Shown: piece after piece, positions 23,594-34,354 of the stretch
Numbering within the stretch: position 1 is the first letter of the stretch
Layout: every line of letters begins with the position of its first letter
Source: Chiloscyllium plagiosum
Taxonomy: Eukaryota
DNA length: 34,354 bases
Assembly: GCF_004010195.1 (NCBI RefSeq)
Contig: NW_025213596.1
Span: 1-34,354, forward strand
Reading direction: 5' to 3'
Made by a program: the position numbers and the translations under genes
The notes under the pieces: generated by a model
Seen by the model: only the letters and a program-made list of their open reading frames with translations
What the model was told of the DNA's origin: nothing
The model's database searches: none

Positions 23594-23661
23594 AGGGGTT
23601 AGACCAGAAGACTACAAAACACAGGAGCAGAAATTAGGCCATTCAGTGCATTGAGTCTGCT

Positions 23662-23785
23662 CTGCAGTTTGTGGGATCTTGCTGTGTGAAACTGGGCAGC
23701 TGTCTTTCCTACAATGTAACTGTGCCGAAGTTTCAAACACTGATACCTGCTGTAGTGCAGATTGCAATGTCCCGAGGTTGTGAGC
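23662..23785 (+). mobile_element. Deu-domain SINE 3' tail
   Basis: GTTTGTGGGATCTTGCTGTGTGAAACTGGGCAGCTGTCTTTCCTACA. Confidence 0.65.
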
Positions 23786-23951
23786 AGTGCTAACAAAGCT
23801 TTTGTTGAGTTCTCCAAGTAATGGCACAGTTTCAGCAGTGACCAGCAGGGGGTGGGCACTGCAGTCTCGGTAAACTAGTGCAGAAACCGTGTACAGTAAC
23901 TGGTTCACATGCCACAGCAGAGAATCCTTTCGCAGGAGTCTATCGAAAAAT

Positions 23952-24620
23952 AACTTCCATTTACCTAGCACCTTTCAAAACCTCAGGACATCCCAAAGCC
24001 ATTTATAGTCAGTTTCGATGTATTTTATTTGTTGTAGGAAATGCAGCAGCTAACTTGTCCAGGTGAACTTATAGATTTGGAATAGCAGTAGGCCACTCTG
24101 CCCCTTGATCTGCCGTTCAGTACCACTGTGACTGATCTGATTACTCCACATTAATGCTCACCTGTGATAACCTTTCACCCCTTTGTTTATCAACAATCTA
24201 TCTCCCTCCACTTCAAAAAATTAAATGACTTTGTCCCCACTGCCTACTGACGATCAGACTCACGGTACTCTGTGAGAAACATTCCTGTCTGTCCTGAATG
24301 GGAGAGCCCTTGTATTGAAACACTTTACACAGCAAGATCCCATAACCAGCACTAGGATAATCTGTGCCTTAATTAGGCTGATTGTGGGATAGATATTAGA
24401 CAGGGCTCTGAGAAATTCTTATGGTGCACTGGTAGCGTCCCTACTACTGAGCCAGGAGACCTGGGTTCAAGTCCTACCTGCTCCAGAGGGGTGTAAGAAC
24501 ATCCACGAATAGGTTGATTGGAAAATATCTGGACAGGATTCTGGTGATAACTTCCCTGCTCCTCTTTTATCCTGTGGGTTCTTTGACACCTTTCTGATGA
24601 GGTAGCTGGGTCCTTGATAA
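23952..24620 (-). mobile_element. Deu-domain SINE interrupted by a CR1 remnant (~24065-24325) and a + strand tRNA-SINE head (24421-24530)
   Basis: ACCTCAGGACATCCCAAAGC..GTAGGAAATGCAGCAGC resumes as ACACAGCAAGATCCCA at ~24327. Inserted head has B box GGGTTCAAGTCC. Confidence 0.6.
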
Positions 24621-25006
24621 AACATTCCCTCACAGAATGGTTACTGTGCAAAGGCCATTTGGCCCATCATGCCCACACTGGTTCTCTGTGAGAGCTACAT
24701 CGCTGGAAGGTTTTCTTTGTCGATAGTTATGGCTTTTGAAGGCCGCGATTGACCCTGTTCTCCCCCGCCCCCCCCCCACCCCCACCACCACAGGCAGAGC
24801 AATCCAGACCCAAACCACTCACTGCCTGACAAAGATTGACCTCAGATCAATTTCACTTCTTTTACTAATGACCAAAACAATCTGTGCCCTGGCATTCTCG
24901 ATCTTCTCATGCGTTGGAACATTTTCTCCCACTTTTCTCTGATCTCTCATGATTTTGACTACTTAAATCAGGTCTCCTTTCCCTTTAAGGTGCCAAGGTA
25001 TACAAG

Positions 25007-25121
25007 ATGTGGAGGTGCTGGTGTTGGCACCTATCCAGTAGCTACCTGATCAAGGATCAACGCTCCGAAAGCTAGGGCTTCCAAATAAACCTGTTGGACT
25101 ATAACCAGGTGTTGTGTAAAC
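25007..25121 (+). mobile_element. Very short Penelope-terminus insertion with 9-bp TSD
   Basis: GTATACAAG at 24998-25006 and 25122-25130. Degenerate core CTGATCA..GCTCCGAAAGCTAG. Confidence 0.7.
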
Positions 25122-25979
25122 GTATACAAGGCTATAGGCTAAGTGCTGGAGCACGGGATGAGAATAGATGGGTAGTTGTTTTTGACCAGCACAGACTCGG
25201 TGGGTCGAAGGGCCTTATTCTGATCTGTAAATCTCAATGGCTATGAAGCTGACCCTTCAGGCCCAGCTTCTCCATTCTAACCTCAAAACTGACCAGGAGA
25301 CGCTGGTGTTGGTCTGGGGTGGGACAAGGTTAAACACCACACCACCAACAGGTTTATTTGGAAGCACTAGCTTTCGGAGTGCTGCTCCTTCATAAGGTGG
25401 TTATGGAGTATTAAGATCATAAGACACAAAATTTATAACAAAAGTTTACTGTGTGAGTTTACAATTGCAATGACATATTGAAAAAGACCTGGATTGTTTG
25501 TTAAGTCTCTCGTCTTCTAGAATGACCATGTTGGTTTTAGTTCTTTCATATGTAAATCTCAGAACTTTTAAAAAAAAGTTACATTCTCAAGTGAATTTTA
25601 ACAATAAGTGCCATGTCAGCTCAGATAATGCATTGAAGGTGTGAGGTGCCCTGTGTGAGGCTGTCTGTGCCCCAATGTTCAGGCTGATTCTATTTCTAAA
25701 AAATGGATTAATAGAATCTTACATGGTTTCATGCAGTTTTTGAGCAAAATAAAATGTAATTCTGCAAGTACAAATTCACCCCATAGGCTTATATGTGTGT
25801 GTGTGCGGGGGTGGGGGGCAGGTATGAGTGTCTGTGAGAGATTGTGTGTATGTGTATGAGATAGAGTGTGAGTGTAATGGTGTATAAGTCTGTGAGAGGG
25901 TGCGTGTGTGGGTGTGAGTGTGGGAGTGTATATGTGAGCATATGAGAGAGAGAGCTTGTGTATGAGAGAGGATTAGATT

Positions 25980-26032
25980 GGTCTCTAGCGCTGCGAGGCA
26001 GCAGTGCTAACCACTGTGCCACCGTGCCGCCC
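25980..26032 (-). mobile_element. tRNA-derived SINE head only (HE1/V-SINE-like)
   Basis: Minus strand GGGCGGCACGGTGGCACAGTGGTTAGCACTGCTGCCTCGCAGCGCTAGAGACC. Absent from the mirror arm. Confidence 0.75.
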
Positions 26033-26194
26033 ACGGTGATCTGCGTGAGCGTGTGGGTCGATAGGTGTGTGTGTATGTGTCTAGTGCAGTGGGGTCACCT
26101 GCAGTGTGACATGAACCCAAGGTCACAGTTGAGGCCATCCCCATGGGTACTGAACTTGTCTATCAGCCTCTGCTCGGTCACTTTGCGTTGTTTC

Positions 26195-26612
26195 AGGACA
26201 ACACCATACAGCCTTGTCACAGGGGAAGCTGCAAGATGTGTCAGAGCATCAACATGGACACTACCATTACACGTGGGGACCTCCCACCATGTACGTGGCA
26301 GATACTCACGTGACTTGGCCAACATTGTCTATCTCATACGCTGCAGGCATAGTACATTGGTGAGACCGAGCAGAGGCTATGGCAAAGGATGAATGGACAC
26401 TGCACAATAATCACCAGGCAGGAGTGTTCCCTCCCATTTGGGGAACACTTCAGCGGTCTGGGACATTCAATCTCGAACCTTCAGGTGACCATCCTCCAAG
26501 GTGGACTTCAGGACAGGCAGCAATGCGAGGTGGCCGAGCAGCAGCTGATAGTCAAGCTTGACCCGTGGGGATGGCCTTGACCAGGACCTTGGGTTCATGT
26601 AGCACTACAGGT
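26195..26612 (+). pseudogene. GIY-YIG endonuclease remnant of the Penelope ORF (frameshifted)
   Basis: VRGRYSRDLANIVYLIRC / YIGETEQRLWQRMNGH..GEHFSGLGHS..LQVTILQG..AEQQLI. Confidence 0.85.
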
Positions 26613-27320
26613 GACCCCATTGCACGATATGCACACACACATACACACACTCCTATAGACACTTACACTCACGCAGAACCTCTCTTATACACAAGCTCTC
26701 CCTCATACGCTCACACATACACATCCACACACGCACCCTCTCACAGACTTATATCCCTTTACACTCTCACAATCTCTCTCAGACACTTATGGCACCCCCA
26801 CCTCTGCACACACACCCACATGCACACACACACATATAAGTTTGTGGGGTGAATTTAGACTTGCAGAATTACATTTTATTCTGCTCAAAAACTGCATGAA
26901 TCCATGTAAGATTCTGTAAATCCCTTTTTTAGATTAGAATCAGTCTGAACTTTGGGGCACAGACAGCCTCACACAGGGCAGCTCACACCTTCAATGCATT
27001 ATCTGAGCTGACATGTTAAAGTTCATTTGAGAATGTAATTTTAAGAAAAGTTCTGGGATTTACATATGAAAGAACTGAAACCAACATGGTCATTCTAAAA
27101 GATGAGAGACATAACAAACAATCCAGGTCTTTTTTAATATATCATTGCAGTTGTAAACTCACACAGTAAACTTTTGCTATAAATTTTGTGTCTTACAAAC
27201 TTAGACTCCACAACCACCTGATGAAGGAGCAGCACTCTGAAAGCTAGTGCTTCCAAATAAACCTGTTGGACTATGACCTGGTGTTGTGTGATTTTTAACT
27301 GTGAACATGCTCCAAACTGA

Positions 27321-27790
27321 AATTCCTCATCCCCAAGGCATTCTCATAAACATCTTCTGCACTCTCTACAAAGCTCCACATCCCCTAATGCCTGGCTCCC
27401 AGAACTGTACACAACCCTCCAGCTGGGGTCTAACCAGTGGGCATTATGTAAGGTCACCTGAATCCCCTTGCTCCTGGATTCTATTGCCCTATTACTGAAG
27501 CCCCTGTTACAGTCTTGTAAGCTTTACTAAGTGTCCCAGCACCTTGAATGACTTGGGCACCATGTCTGTCTGCTGATGCAAATCCTTTTGACTAGTAACC
27601 TTTGTTTTACACCGTCTCTCCATGTTCTTTCTACCCATCACCTCTTCCTTCACTGTATTAAATCTCATTTGTCACTTACCGGCCCACTCCACCAACTTGG
27701 CAAAGTCCTTTGGGAGTTCCACACTGGCCTCTGGCACATTCTACAGCTCTCCAACCTTACTATAATCTGCAACTTTTGAAATTGTGCCCT
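27321..27790 (-). mobile_element. Degenerate CR1 fragment, host of the Penelope insertion
   Basis: LVRPQLEGCVQFW-like remnant (CCCAGAACTGTACACAACCCTCCAGCTGGGGTCTAACCAG). Confidence 0.6.
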
Positions 27791-27959
27791 GCCACTATAT
27801 CCACTATAGGCCAATATATCCTTCCTCAAGTGTGGAAATAATCAATCTTTCATCAATTATTTAATGGAGAGAGGATTTAAATAAATTACAGCTTTTCTTG
27901 CTTTAATTGGGAGGTTGGTTAGTTGAAGGTTTGATTCTTTGTTTTCACAAGTAGTTGAA

Positions 27960-28653
27960 CATAAAACATAGAACGTAGAACATAGAAGAATACAGCGCAG
28001 TACAGGCCCTCCGGCCCTCAATGTTGCGCCGATCCAAGCCCACCTAACCTACACTAGCCCACTATCCTCCATATGCCTATCCAATGCCCGCTTAAATGCC
28101 CATAATGAGGGAGAGTCCACCACTGCTACTGGCAGGGCATTCCATGAACTCACGACTCGCTGAGTAAAGAACCTACCCCTAACATCTGTCCTATACCTAC
28201 CCCCCTTAATTTAAAGCTATGCGTTCCAGTGCCTCCACATCCTTCCTATAATATGGCGACCAAAACTGCACTCAATACTCCAGTTGCGGCCGCACCAGAG
28301 TCTTATACAACTGCAACATGACCTCAGTACTCCGGAACTCAATTCCTCTACCAATAAAAGCCAGTACGCCATATGCCTTCTTCACCGCACTATTTACCTG
28401 GGTGGCAACTTTCAAAGATCTGTGTACATGGACACCAAGATCCCTCTGCTCATCCATACTACCAAGTATCCGACCATTAGCCCAGTACCCCATCCTTTTA
28501 TTACTCTTACCAAAGTGAATCACCTCACACTTAGCTACATTGAACTCCATTTGCCACCTTTCTGCCCAGTTCTGCAGCTTATCAATATCCCGCTGTAACC
28601 TGCCACGTCCTTCCTCACTGTCTACAACTCCTCCGACTTTCGTATCATCTGCA
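27960..28653 (-). mobile_element. CR1 LINE fragment: RT C-terminus, internal deletion, 3'UTR with (CATAGAA)n tail
   Basis: ORF 28272-28697 ADDTKVGG..LQRDIDKLQNWAERWQMEFNVAKCEVIHFG..LYKTLVRPQLEY. Confidence 0.93.
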
Positions 28654-28674
28654 AGATGACAGAATAGACAACAA

Positions 28675-28975
28675 GAATAAGTTTGAGGGGTCACCATTTA
28701 AGGATACAGGGTAGACCATTTCAGTCTGAGGTGTGGAGAAATGTCTGCACCCAGAGAGCGGGGACCTGTCGAATGTTTTGCCACAGAAAGCAGTGGGAGC
28801 TAAAACACTGAATTTTAAAAAAAAGTTAGAAATAGTTCTTAGGGCTAAAGGAATCAAAGGATAAGGGAACAAAGTGGGAACAGAGATCTGAGTTGGATGA
28901 TCAGCCATGATCATATTGAATGGCAGAACAGGCTCAAAGGGCCGAATGGCCTTCTCCAGCTCTTATTTTATATGT
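28675..28975 (+). mobile_element. CR1 3' end
   Basis: GATCAGCCATGATCATATTGAATGGCAGAACAGGCTCAAAGGGCCGAATGGCCT 3'UTR. Confidence 0.8.
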
Positions 28976-29149
28976 TGCACAAATAAAAGTTTGCATTAAA
29001 AATGCAGGTGAGTGGAAAGATCCGATTTTGTGCAATTTGACTGTTAAATTGCTGAAATAGTAAGCAGTTCGTTATTAAGTAACATGAGAGGGATGAAGAA
29101 ATTAAGTTTCTCTTACAATTTCCCCTCAGGGCACCTTGAGGAATGACAA

Positions 29150-29569
29150 ACCTTTCCGGTGCGGTTTCGGTGTGACACTGTGGGGGGCGGCAAGGGTGCC
29201 TGCAAGCCACTTCCGCCCCGCCCTTCCCTCGGACGGAACGATTCGAGTGAGACTCAGCGGCCGGAGGCGGGGCGACTTCCGCTCCCTTCCCCCTCCCACC
29301 TCCGTTGTGGGTGCGACCGGTCGGGCCGGATCGATGTCGATGCGACACACATCCTCCTTTCCCTTCTCCCCACCCCGCCCGGCGGAGGGATTGGAGTGGG
29401 ACAGCCGTTGCGGGGCGGCGGCCGCTGGAGAGGCGGGACGTGGGGGCGGTTTCCGCCCCGCAGACGGGGTGGGGCGAGTGTCAGCCTTAGCCTGGGATTG
29501 CGCTGCCGCTCGGTGGTTGTTGTTGTTGTTGTGAGGAGACGAAAAGCGGGAGAGCAGCGGGCGACGAAA
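29150..29569 (+). promoter_or_regulatory. CpG-island, TATA-less promoter and 5'UTR of FLOT2
   Basis: High CpG density. ETS motifs ACTTCCG (~29209, ~29276), several GC boxes (CCGCCC/GGGGCGG), (GTT)n at ~29515-29531. Confidence 0.8.
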
Positions 29570-29618
29570 ATGGGCAACTGTCACACGGTGGGACCTAACG
29601 AGGCTCTGGTGGTGTCAG
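29570..29618 (+). CDS. FLOT2: Flotillin-2 (reggie-1), coding exon 1; the rest of the gene lies beyond the window
   Basis: MGNCHTVGPNEALVVS(G) matches the vertebrate FLOT2 N-terminus (Gly2 myristoylation, Cys4 palmitoylation). Kozak AAAATGG; 49-nt exon ending CAG|GTAAAA. Confidence 0.96.
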
Positions 29619-31019
29619 GTAAAACCCGCTTTACCCCTCCTCCCAAAGCGGGCTGGTGGGGAATAAGGAGTTTAAACCCCTTTTTTTTGGGGGGGGGGGG
29701 GATCAGAACAACAACATTTTAACATTTAAACATTTAAAAAAAAAAGAGCGGGTTAAAATTTAAAATAAAGGCCGTTGAGGGGGTGGGAGTGAAACTAGGC
29801 CGCACTCGCAGGGCTGAAACTATTGGAAATAATCGATTAAATCAAGAGGAGGGAGCTTTAAATTGGAATCCTGCTCGGTTTAAATTGGCTGCAGATTTAA
29901 AATGCTTCATTTATTTCAGGGGTCCCAGCTTTTTCTCACAACTTTGTTTTTCCCCTCCTCTCTGTTGCTTAGAAATTTATTTCTCTCACCAGATTAAATG
30001 CCACTGTTCATCTTTTCAAAGTTGATTTCAAATGTCTTAAGTTACTGAGATTTCTCCCCCCCCATAACTCATTGACGTGGTTATTTTGTTTTCAAGGAGG
30101 TTTGATTTGTTCTTGTTTGGTTTCTTGTCTGGAATTTAAATGTTGGAGGAATCGCAACCTCTTTTCATTTATGGCTTTCCTTTTTTGTTGTTGTTGTTGT
30201 TTAGACTGGGGTCCCCCAGTCAGCTGTTCTGTGAATTGTTCAGCCTCAATAGGTTTTGGTTTAGCTGAAAATGGGGAGGGAGAAGTCAAAGCAATTGTCC
30301 AGAATTCAGATTCTGCTCCCTTCCCATGTCCACAAATGTTTTTAGTTCAAACATAATGTAAAAATACTCCTATTGGCAAGGATTTTACGCATGCCATGTT
30401 TGGATGTTGACGATCAGTTTGTGTAGCTGAACTAGGGTGTGTACCTGAGCGTGAATGGAGAGATGAATGTAGTATATTGCACAATGACACACTTCCCAGA
30501 TACAAATAAGTTTTTCTGGTATTTCTTTGAGTTAGCAAATGCTGTACAAATCTTTGATAGTTTTTAGTTCAATCTTGAATTTCCCTGTGTTTATGTAAGG
30601 CTTGGTCTGCTAACACTTTGGTTGCAAAGGAAATGTTCATTTAACCGCCTCTGTATCACTTGTGTGTGCACAACATGCTGTCATTGTTATATGAGATGAG
30701 ATGATGTGATTCCATCTTAATTTGGCCATTAGTAAAATTAGCCTCTTAAATTTCTGTTTGATCTGTGTTAGCTGAAGAGGCTAGGGCTGAGCTGGGTATG
30801 GGCGTTGAATTTGAGAGGAGAGCTGAACCTTGTGTTCATTTGCATCTCCTAGTAACCATCTATCGGGACACAGTGAAGTCACTGGCTATGGTTCTGACTT
30901 AGGCAGGTGACAATATAAACACTTTAAGAACATTAAAAATAATGGATCAGAAATAAATATCAACTTCACTGTCTTGCCCACTCCCCATATCGCTTGATTC
31001 ATTGAGGACCAATAAATCT

Positions 31020-31212
31020 AAAAGAACTGTGGATGTTGTAAATCCGAAACGAAAGCAGAAATTACTGGAAAAGCTCAGCATGTCTGGCAGCATCTCTGGA
31101 CAGAAATCAAGAGTTCTGAGGAAGGGTCATTCAAAGTGAAACGTTAACTCTGATTTCTCTCTACAGATGCTGCCAGACCTGCTGAGCTTTTCCAGCAATT
31201 TCTGCTTTTGTT
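31020..31212. mobile_element. Palindromic Penelope-derived element in FLOT2 intron 1
   Basis: Arms AAAGCAGAAATTACTGGAAAAGCTCAGCA.GTCTGGCAGCATCT and its reverse complement. Central degenerate CTGAGGA..GAAACGTT (31116-31145). Confidence 0.75.
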
Positions 31213-31744
31213 ACCAAAAAAAACTGTCCATTTCAGCCTCAAGTATGTCAACCAGCTGTGGAAACTACCTCTGTGTCTCTCTTGTCAAGTCATTATGAAA
31301 GAATGCCATTTAAAAATCAAAAATACTGGAAACAAAGTGGATGGGGCAACATTTTGTGGAGAGAGAAGCAGTTAACATTTCAGAGTGGTGATGTTTGCTC
31401 TAATATCTGTGTTTCTGTTTGCACAGACACAGTCTGCTCTGAATATTCCCAGTGCTTTCTTTTTGTATTTCTGATTGCCAGTGTAATTTTGCTCTTTTCA
31501 GAGAAAAAGGTGAATTGGGATCTGCAAATGAGAATCGGTCTTCCATCATCTTGATATTGCACCTGTTGTTTGTATGTCAGTTTTAACTTGCTAAATTTAA
31601 ATTTAACTGGGAAAACTGACTTGGAATGTACAATTACAAGAGAAAACCAGACGGATGTGTTAAATTCTCAAGCAGAGCATCTGAGACAGTGGAGACAGCT
31701 TCAAATTTGAGACGGTACTTTGTAAAGATAAATGATTTTCCTTT

Positions 31745-32140
31745 TTCAAGCGTGTTTCACATCTTCAGGACAACTCTAAGTGCTTTTCAGCACTTTTTTG
31801 TTTATGAAGTCTGGTCCCTGTGGAAATGTATGAAAGCACTGCAGCCAATTTCCACACAGTAAGCTCCTATAGATAGCAATGAGATGATGACCAATTAGCT
31901 TTTGTTTTTGGTAATGTTTGGCTGGAATTCTGGAAAGAACCCTCATGCTTCTCTTCAAACAGGTCATTTTAGATTTGCTGGAGCGGGCAGACTCTGTTTA
32001 AACCTCTTATCTGATAGGCAGCACCTCAGACAGTTGACAAATTCACTGGGATCACTGATTTCGAGTATTGGCTGAAATCTCTGGTGTAGTGCTCAAAGCC
32101 ATGATCTTTAGACCCTGAGGCTAGAGTGGTGCCCACTGGA
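31745..32140 (-). mobile_element. Near full-length degenerate Deu-domain SINE
   Basis: Tail, core (GCAGCCAATTTCCACACAGTAAGCTCC; TTTAAACCTCTTATCTGATAGGCAGCACCTCAGACAGT) and tRNA-like head in order. Confidence 0.7.
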
Positions 32141-33459
32141 CTTGTCTCAACACTGCTCTCACCTTCATTCTGCTGCAGGTTTGCACCTGAGGCCAACTAG
32201 CTTTTCCTCCTGGCAGTTGCCCTGTATTTATTGAGTTTTTGAAGTCTTGCTGTCGGTTTGAGAGGAATACCAGCTGTTATTGTCTACTTCAGCTTTTTGT
32301 GGTTTGGGAAAGTCAAGCCTTTCCAGTTTGGGTAAAAGGTGAGATTTTGTTGAGATGAAGCGCATTAGATTTTTTTTAGATTCAAAACTGAGTGCTGTTC
32401 CCTTCTGACAGACTCATTTTCCAATGACAATAACTTGGATTATTGTATTATACAGACACTCTTGCTCTCTCTCTCCCCACCCGACTTCTGCCACTCTTAC
32501 CTGACCTTTGGTCATTCAATAGCCAGTGCTTATTTACCCTCCCTCACCTTATTCCCTGTCATTCCAGTAGTGAATACGAGAGAGAGAGAGATTCTGGCAG
32601 GAACATGGAGCGTTTAACTCCTGTTAATGAGCAATGCTAGGATTATTGTCTGACATTTTATTGTTCTGTTGCAATCCATGTGTTGACTTAACCTGGTTGT
32701 AGACTCTGTCAGTCATTGACGTTGTAGGTTGGAAGCAAAAAGTGGAATTCTTTTGGAAAGATTGAACAATGCTTCGGGCTGTTAAAAAGTATTATTGGAC
32801 TGAGGGTGAACTTGTATTGAACTGTCAGAACGGTGATGTGTCATAGAGATGTACAGTATCTTGGGCTTTGAAGTTTTGCCATACAGTAGTAATGCAGATC
32901 TCTTGTACACTGAGCTCTTGATCGTAACTCATTGTGTGAAGAGTTCTGAAGCTCAGGGATGGGAATCTGAAATTATCAGGCAAGATATCAGACACTGACA
33001 CTGTTTCCACTGGGGTAGAGAAGGGTTTGATTTAGAATTCTCAAGGACCTTTCTGCAGACAGTGGAGAGAGACTATTTCTGGTTTTCTTGAGTTGCTCAT
33101 GAATCTTAACGTGGTTGTTGAGAATGCAACGGGAAGCACAAAGCCTACTGGGAACAATTCTCACCAAGACTCTACATGAACCATTTGGTTCAATTTTATC
33201 AAGTTTCCAAGGCTTGACATTTCATGGCTTTTTGGACAGCATCCCCTGCCATTGTTCTTCTTAATTTCATTCCAGCCAAGCAATCACTCTCTTAACATGA
33301 GCTCCTGACAGTAAGGTGCTTGTCTTTGTGTCATGGCAAGTCTGACTGTTCATTTGAAGTTATCTGTTTTTGATTTAATGCTCCGGGTGGATTGGAATTC
33401 CATCCCCACAAACAGCATCGCAGCTACATATTGATTCTCTTCACTTCTGATTTTGTTTT

Positions 33460-34130
33460 TTTTAATCATTTGTGGGATTATGGGTGTCACTGGCTGGGCC
33501 CAGTATTTATTGCCCGTCCCTAGTTGCCCCTTGAGAAGGTGGGGGTGAGCTGCCTTTTTGAACCCCTGCAGTCCATGTGCTGTGGGTTGACCCACAATGT
33601 CCTTAGGGAGGGAATTCCAGGATTCTGACCCAGCGACAATGAAGGAATGGGACATTCCATCTCGATGGAAGTGATGGTGGGTTTGGGAAGTGCTATCTGA
33701 GAATCTTTGGTGAATTTCTGCAGTGCATCTGGTAGATGATATACACAGCAGCTACTGAGCATTGGTGATGGATGTTTGTGGATGTGGTACCAATCAAGTG
33801 GGTTGCGTTGTCCTGGATGGTGTAAAGCTTCCTGAGTGTTGTTGGGGCTGCCCCCATCCAGGCAAGTGGGGAGTATTCCATCCCACTCCTGACTTGTCGA
33901 TGGTGGACAGGCTTTGGGAATCAGGAGGCGCGTTACTTGCCACAGTATTCCTCGCCTCTGACCTGCTTCTATAGTCACTGTGTTTATGTAGTGAATTTCT
34001 GGTCAATGATTATCCCCAGGATGTTGATAGTGGAGGATTCAGTGATGGTAACAAGGTGCAGTGGTTAGATTGTCTCATGTTGGTGATGGTCATAGCCTGA
34101 TATTTGTGTGCCCGGAATGTTACTTATTAT
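33460..34130 (-). mobile_element. Non-LTR retrotransposon (CR1/L2 group) 3' fragment
   Basis: MEYSPLAWMGAAPTTLRKLYTIQDNATHLIG and SWNSLP..GFKKAAHPHLLKG ORF2 C-terminus. Confidence 0.85.
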
Positions 34131-34300
34131 GTTGCCTGACTGAGCACATTTGCTGCTAAAGCTCTCAATGCCGCTATTACTTTGGCTGTTAAATACTCCG
34201 ATCTTGGTTTATCTCCATATTGTTTGAGCATATAGAGTTAAACAGTACAGATACAGACCCTTCAATCTAACTCATCCATGCTGAACAGATATCCTAAACT

Positions 34301-34354
34301 GATCTGAAGAAGGGCTTGTGCCCGAAATGTCGATTCTCCTGTTCCCTGGATGCT
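34301..34354 (+). mobile_element. Penelope-derived element start with hammerhead-like core, cut by the window edge
   Basis: CTGAAGA-AGGGC-TTGT-GCCC-GAAATGTC (34304-34331). Confidence 0.7.

Larger units (their letters stand above)
25293..27313 (+). mobile_element. Penelope-like retroelement, 5'-truncated, with inverted duplication of its 3' end
   Basis: ~25340-26190 is the reverse complement of ~26520-27290. Central GIY-YIG remnant. AAACTGA repeated at 25286-25292 and 27314-27320. Confidence 0.88.

Noticed and set aside
24421..24490. tRNA gene
   Set aside because: A/B boxes are present but no cloverleaf is evident; it is a SINE head with a paralog at ~8920.
29126..29722. Overlapping GC-rich ORFs, including a 187-aa frame extending FLOT2
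   Set aside because: Typical CpG-island stop depletion. FLOT2 needs Met1-Gly2 for myristoylation, and the frame reads into the intron.
30880..30920. Possible FLOT2 exon 2
   Set aside because: Only superficial similarity. No GGWAWAWW-encoding sequence was found in the window.

Overview
Repeat-rich vertebrate genomic DNA, most likely a cartilaginous fish (shark); this is inferred from recognisable CR1 LINE, Penelope-like and Deu-domain SINE families. The only confidently protein-coding host sequence is coding exon 1 of flotillin-2 (29570-29618, +, MGNCHTVGPNEALVVSG), with a CpG-island promoter and the start of intron 1. The rest is three minisatellite families (38, 19 and 33 bp units), many CR1/L2-group LINE fragments, SINEs, a short solo-LTR-like element, a MITE, a 2-kb Penelope-like element with a GIY-YIG remnant between long inverted arms, and an assembly gap. 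Leads: (1) about a dozen minimal hammerhead-ribozyme-like cores in Penelope-derived elements, several with target-site duplications; (2) an erythroid-type promoter (CACCC/GATA/CCAAT/TATA-like) at ~8.4 kb pointing away from FLOT2, with candidate non-coding exons; (3) a 33-bp minisatellite apparently born inside a Deu-domain SINE; (4) an exact 17-unit periodicity in the 38-bp array. No previously undescribed system can be proven from sequence alone. Repeat family names come from recognition, not a database search, and boundaries of degenerate repeats are approximate.
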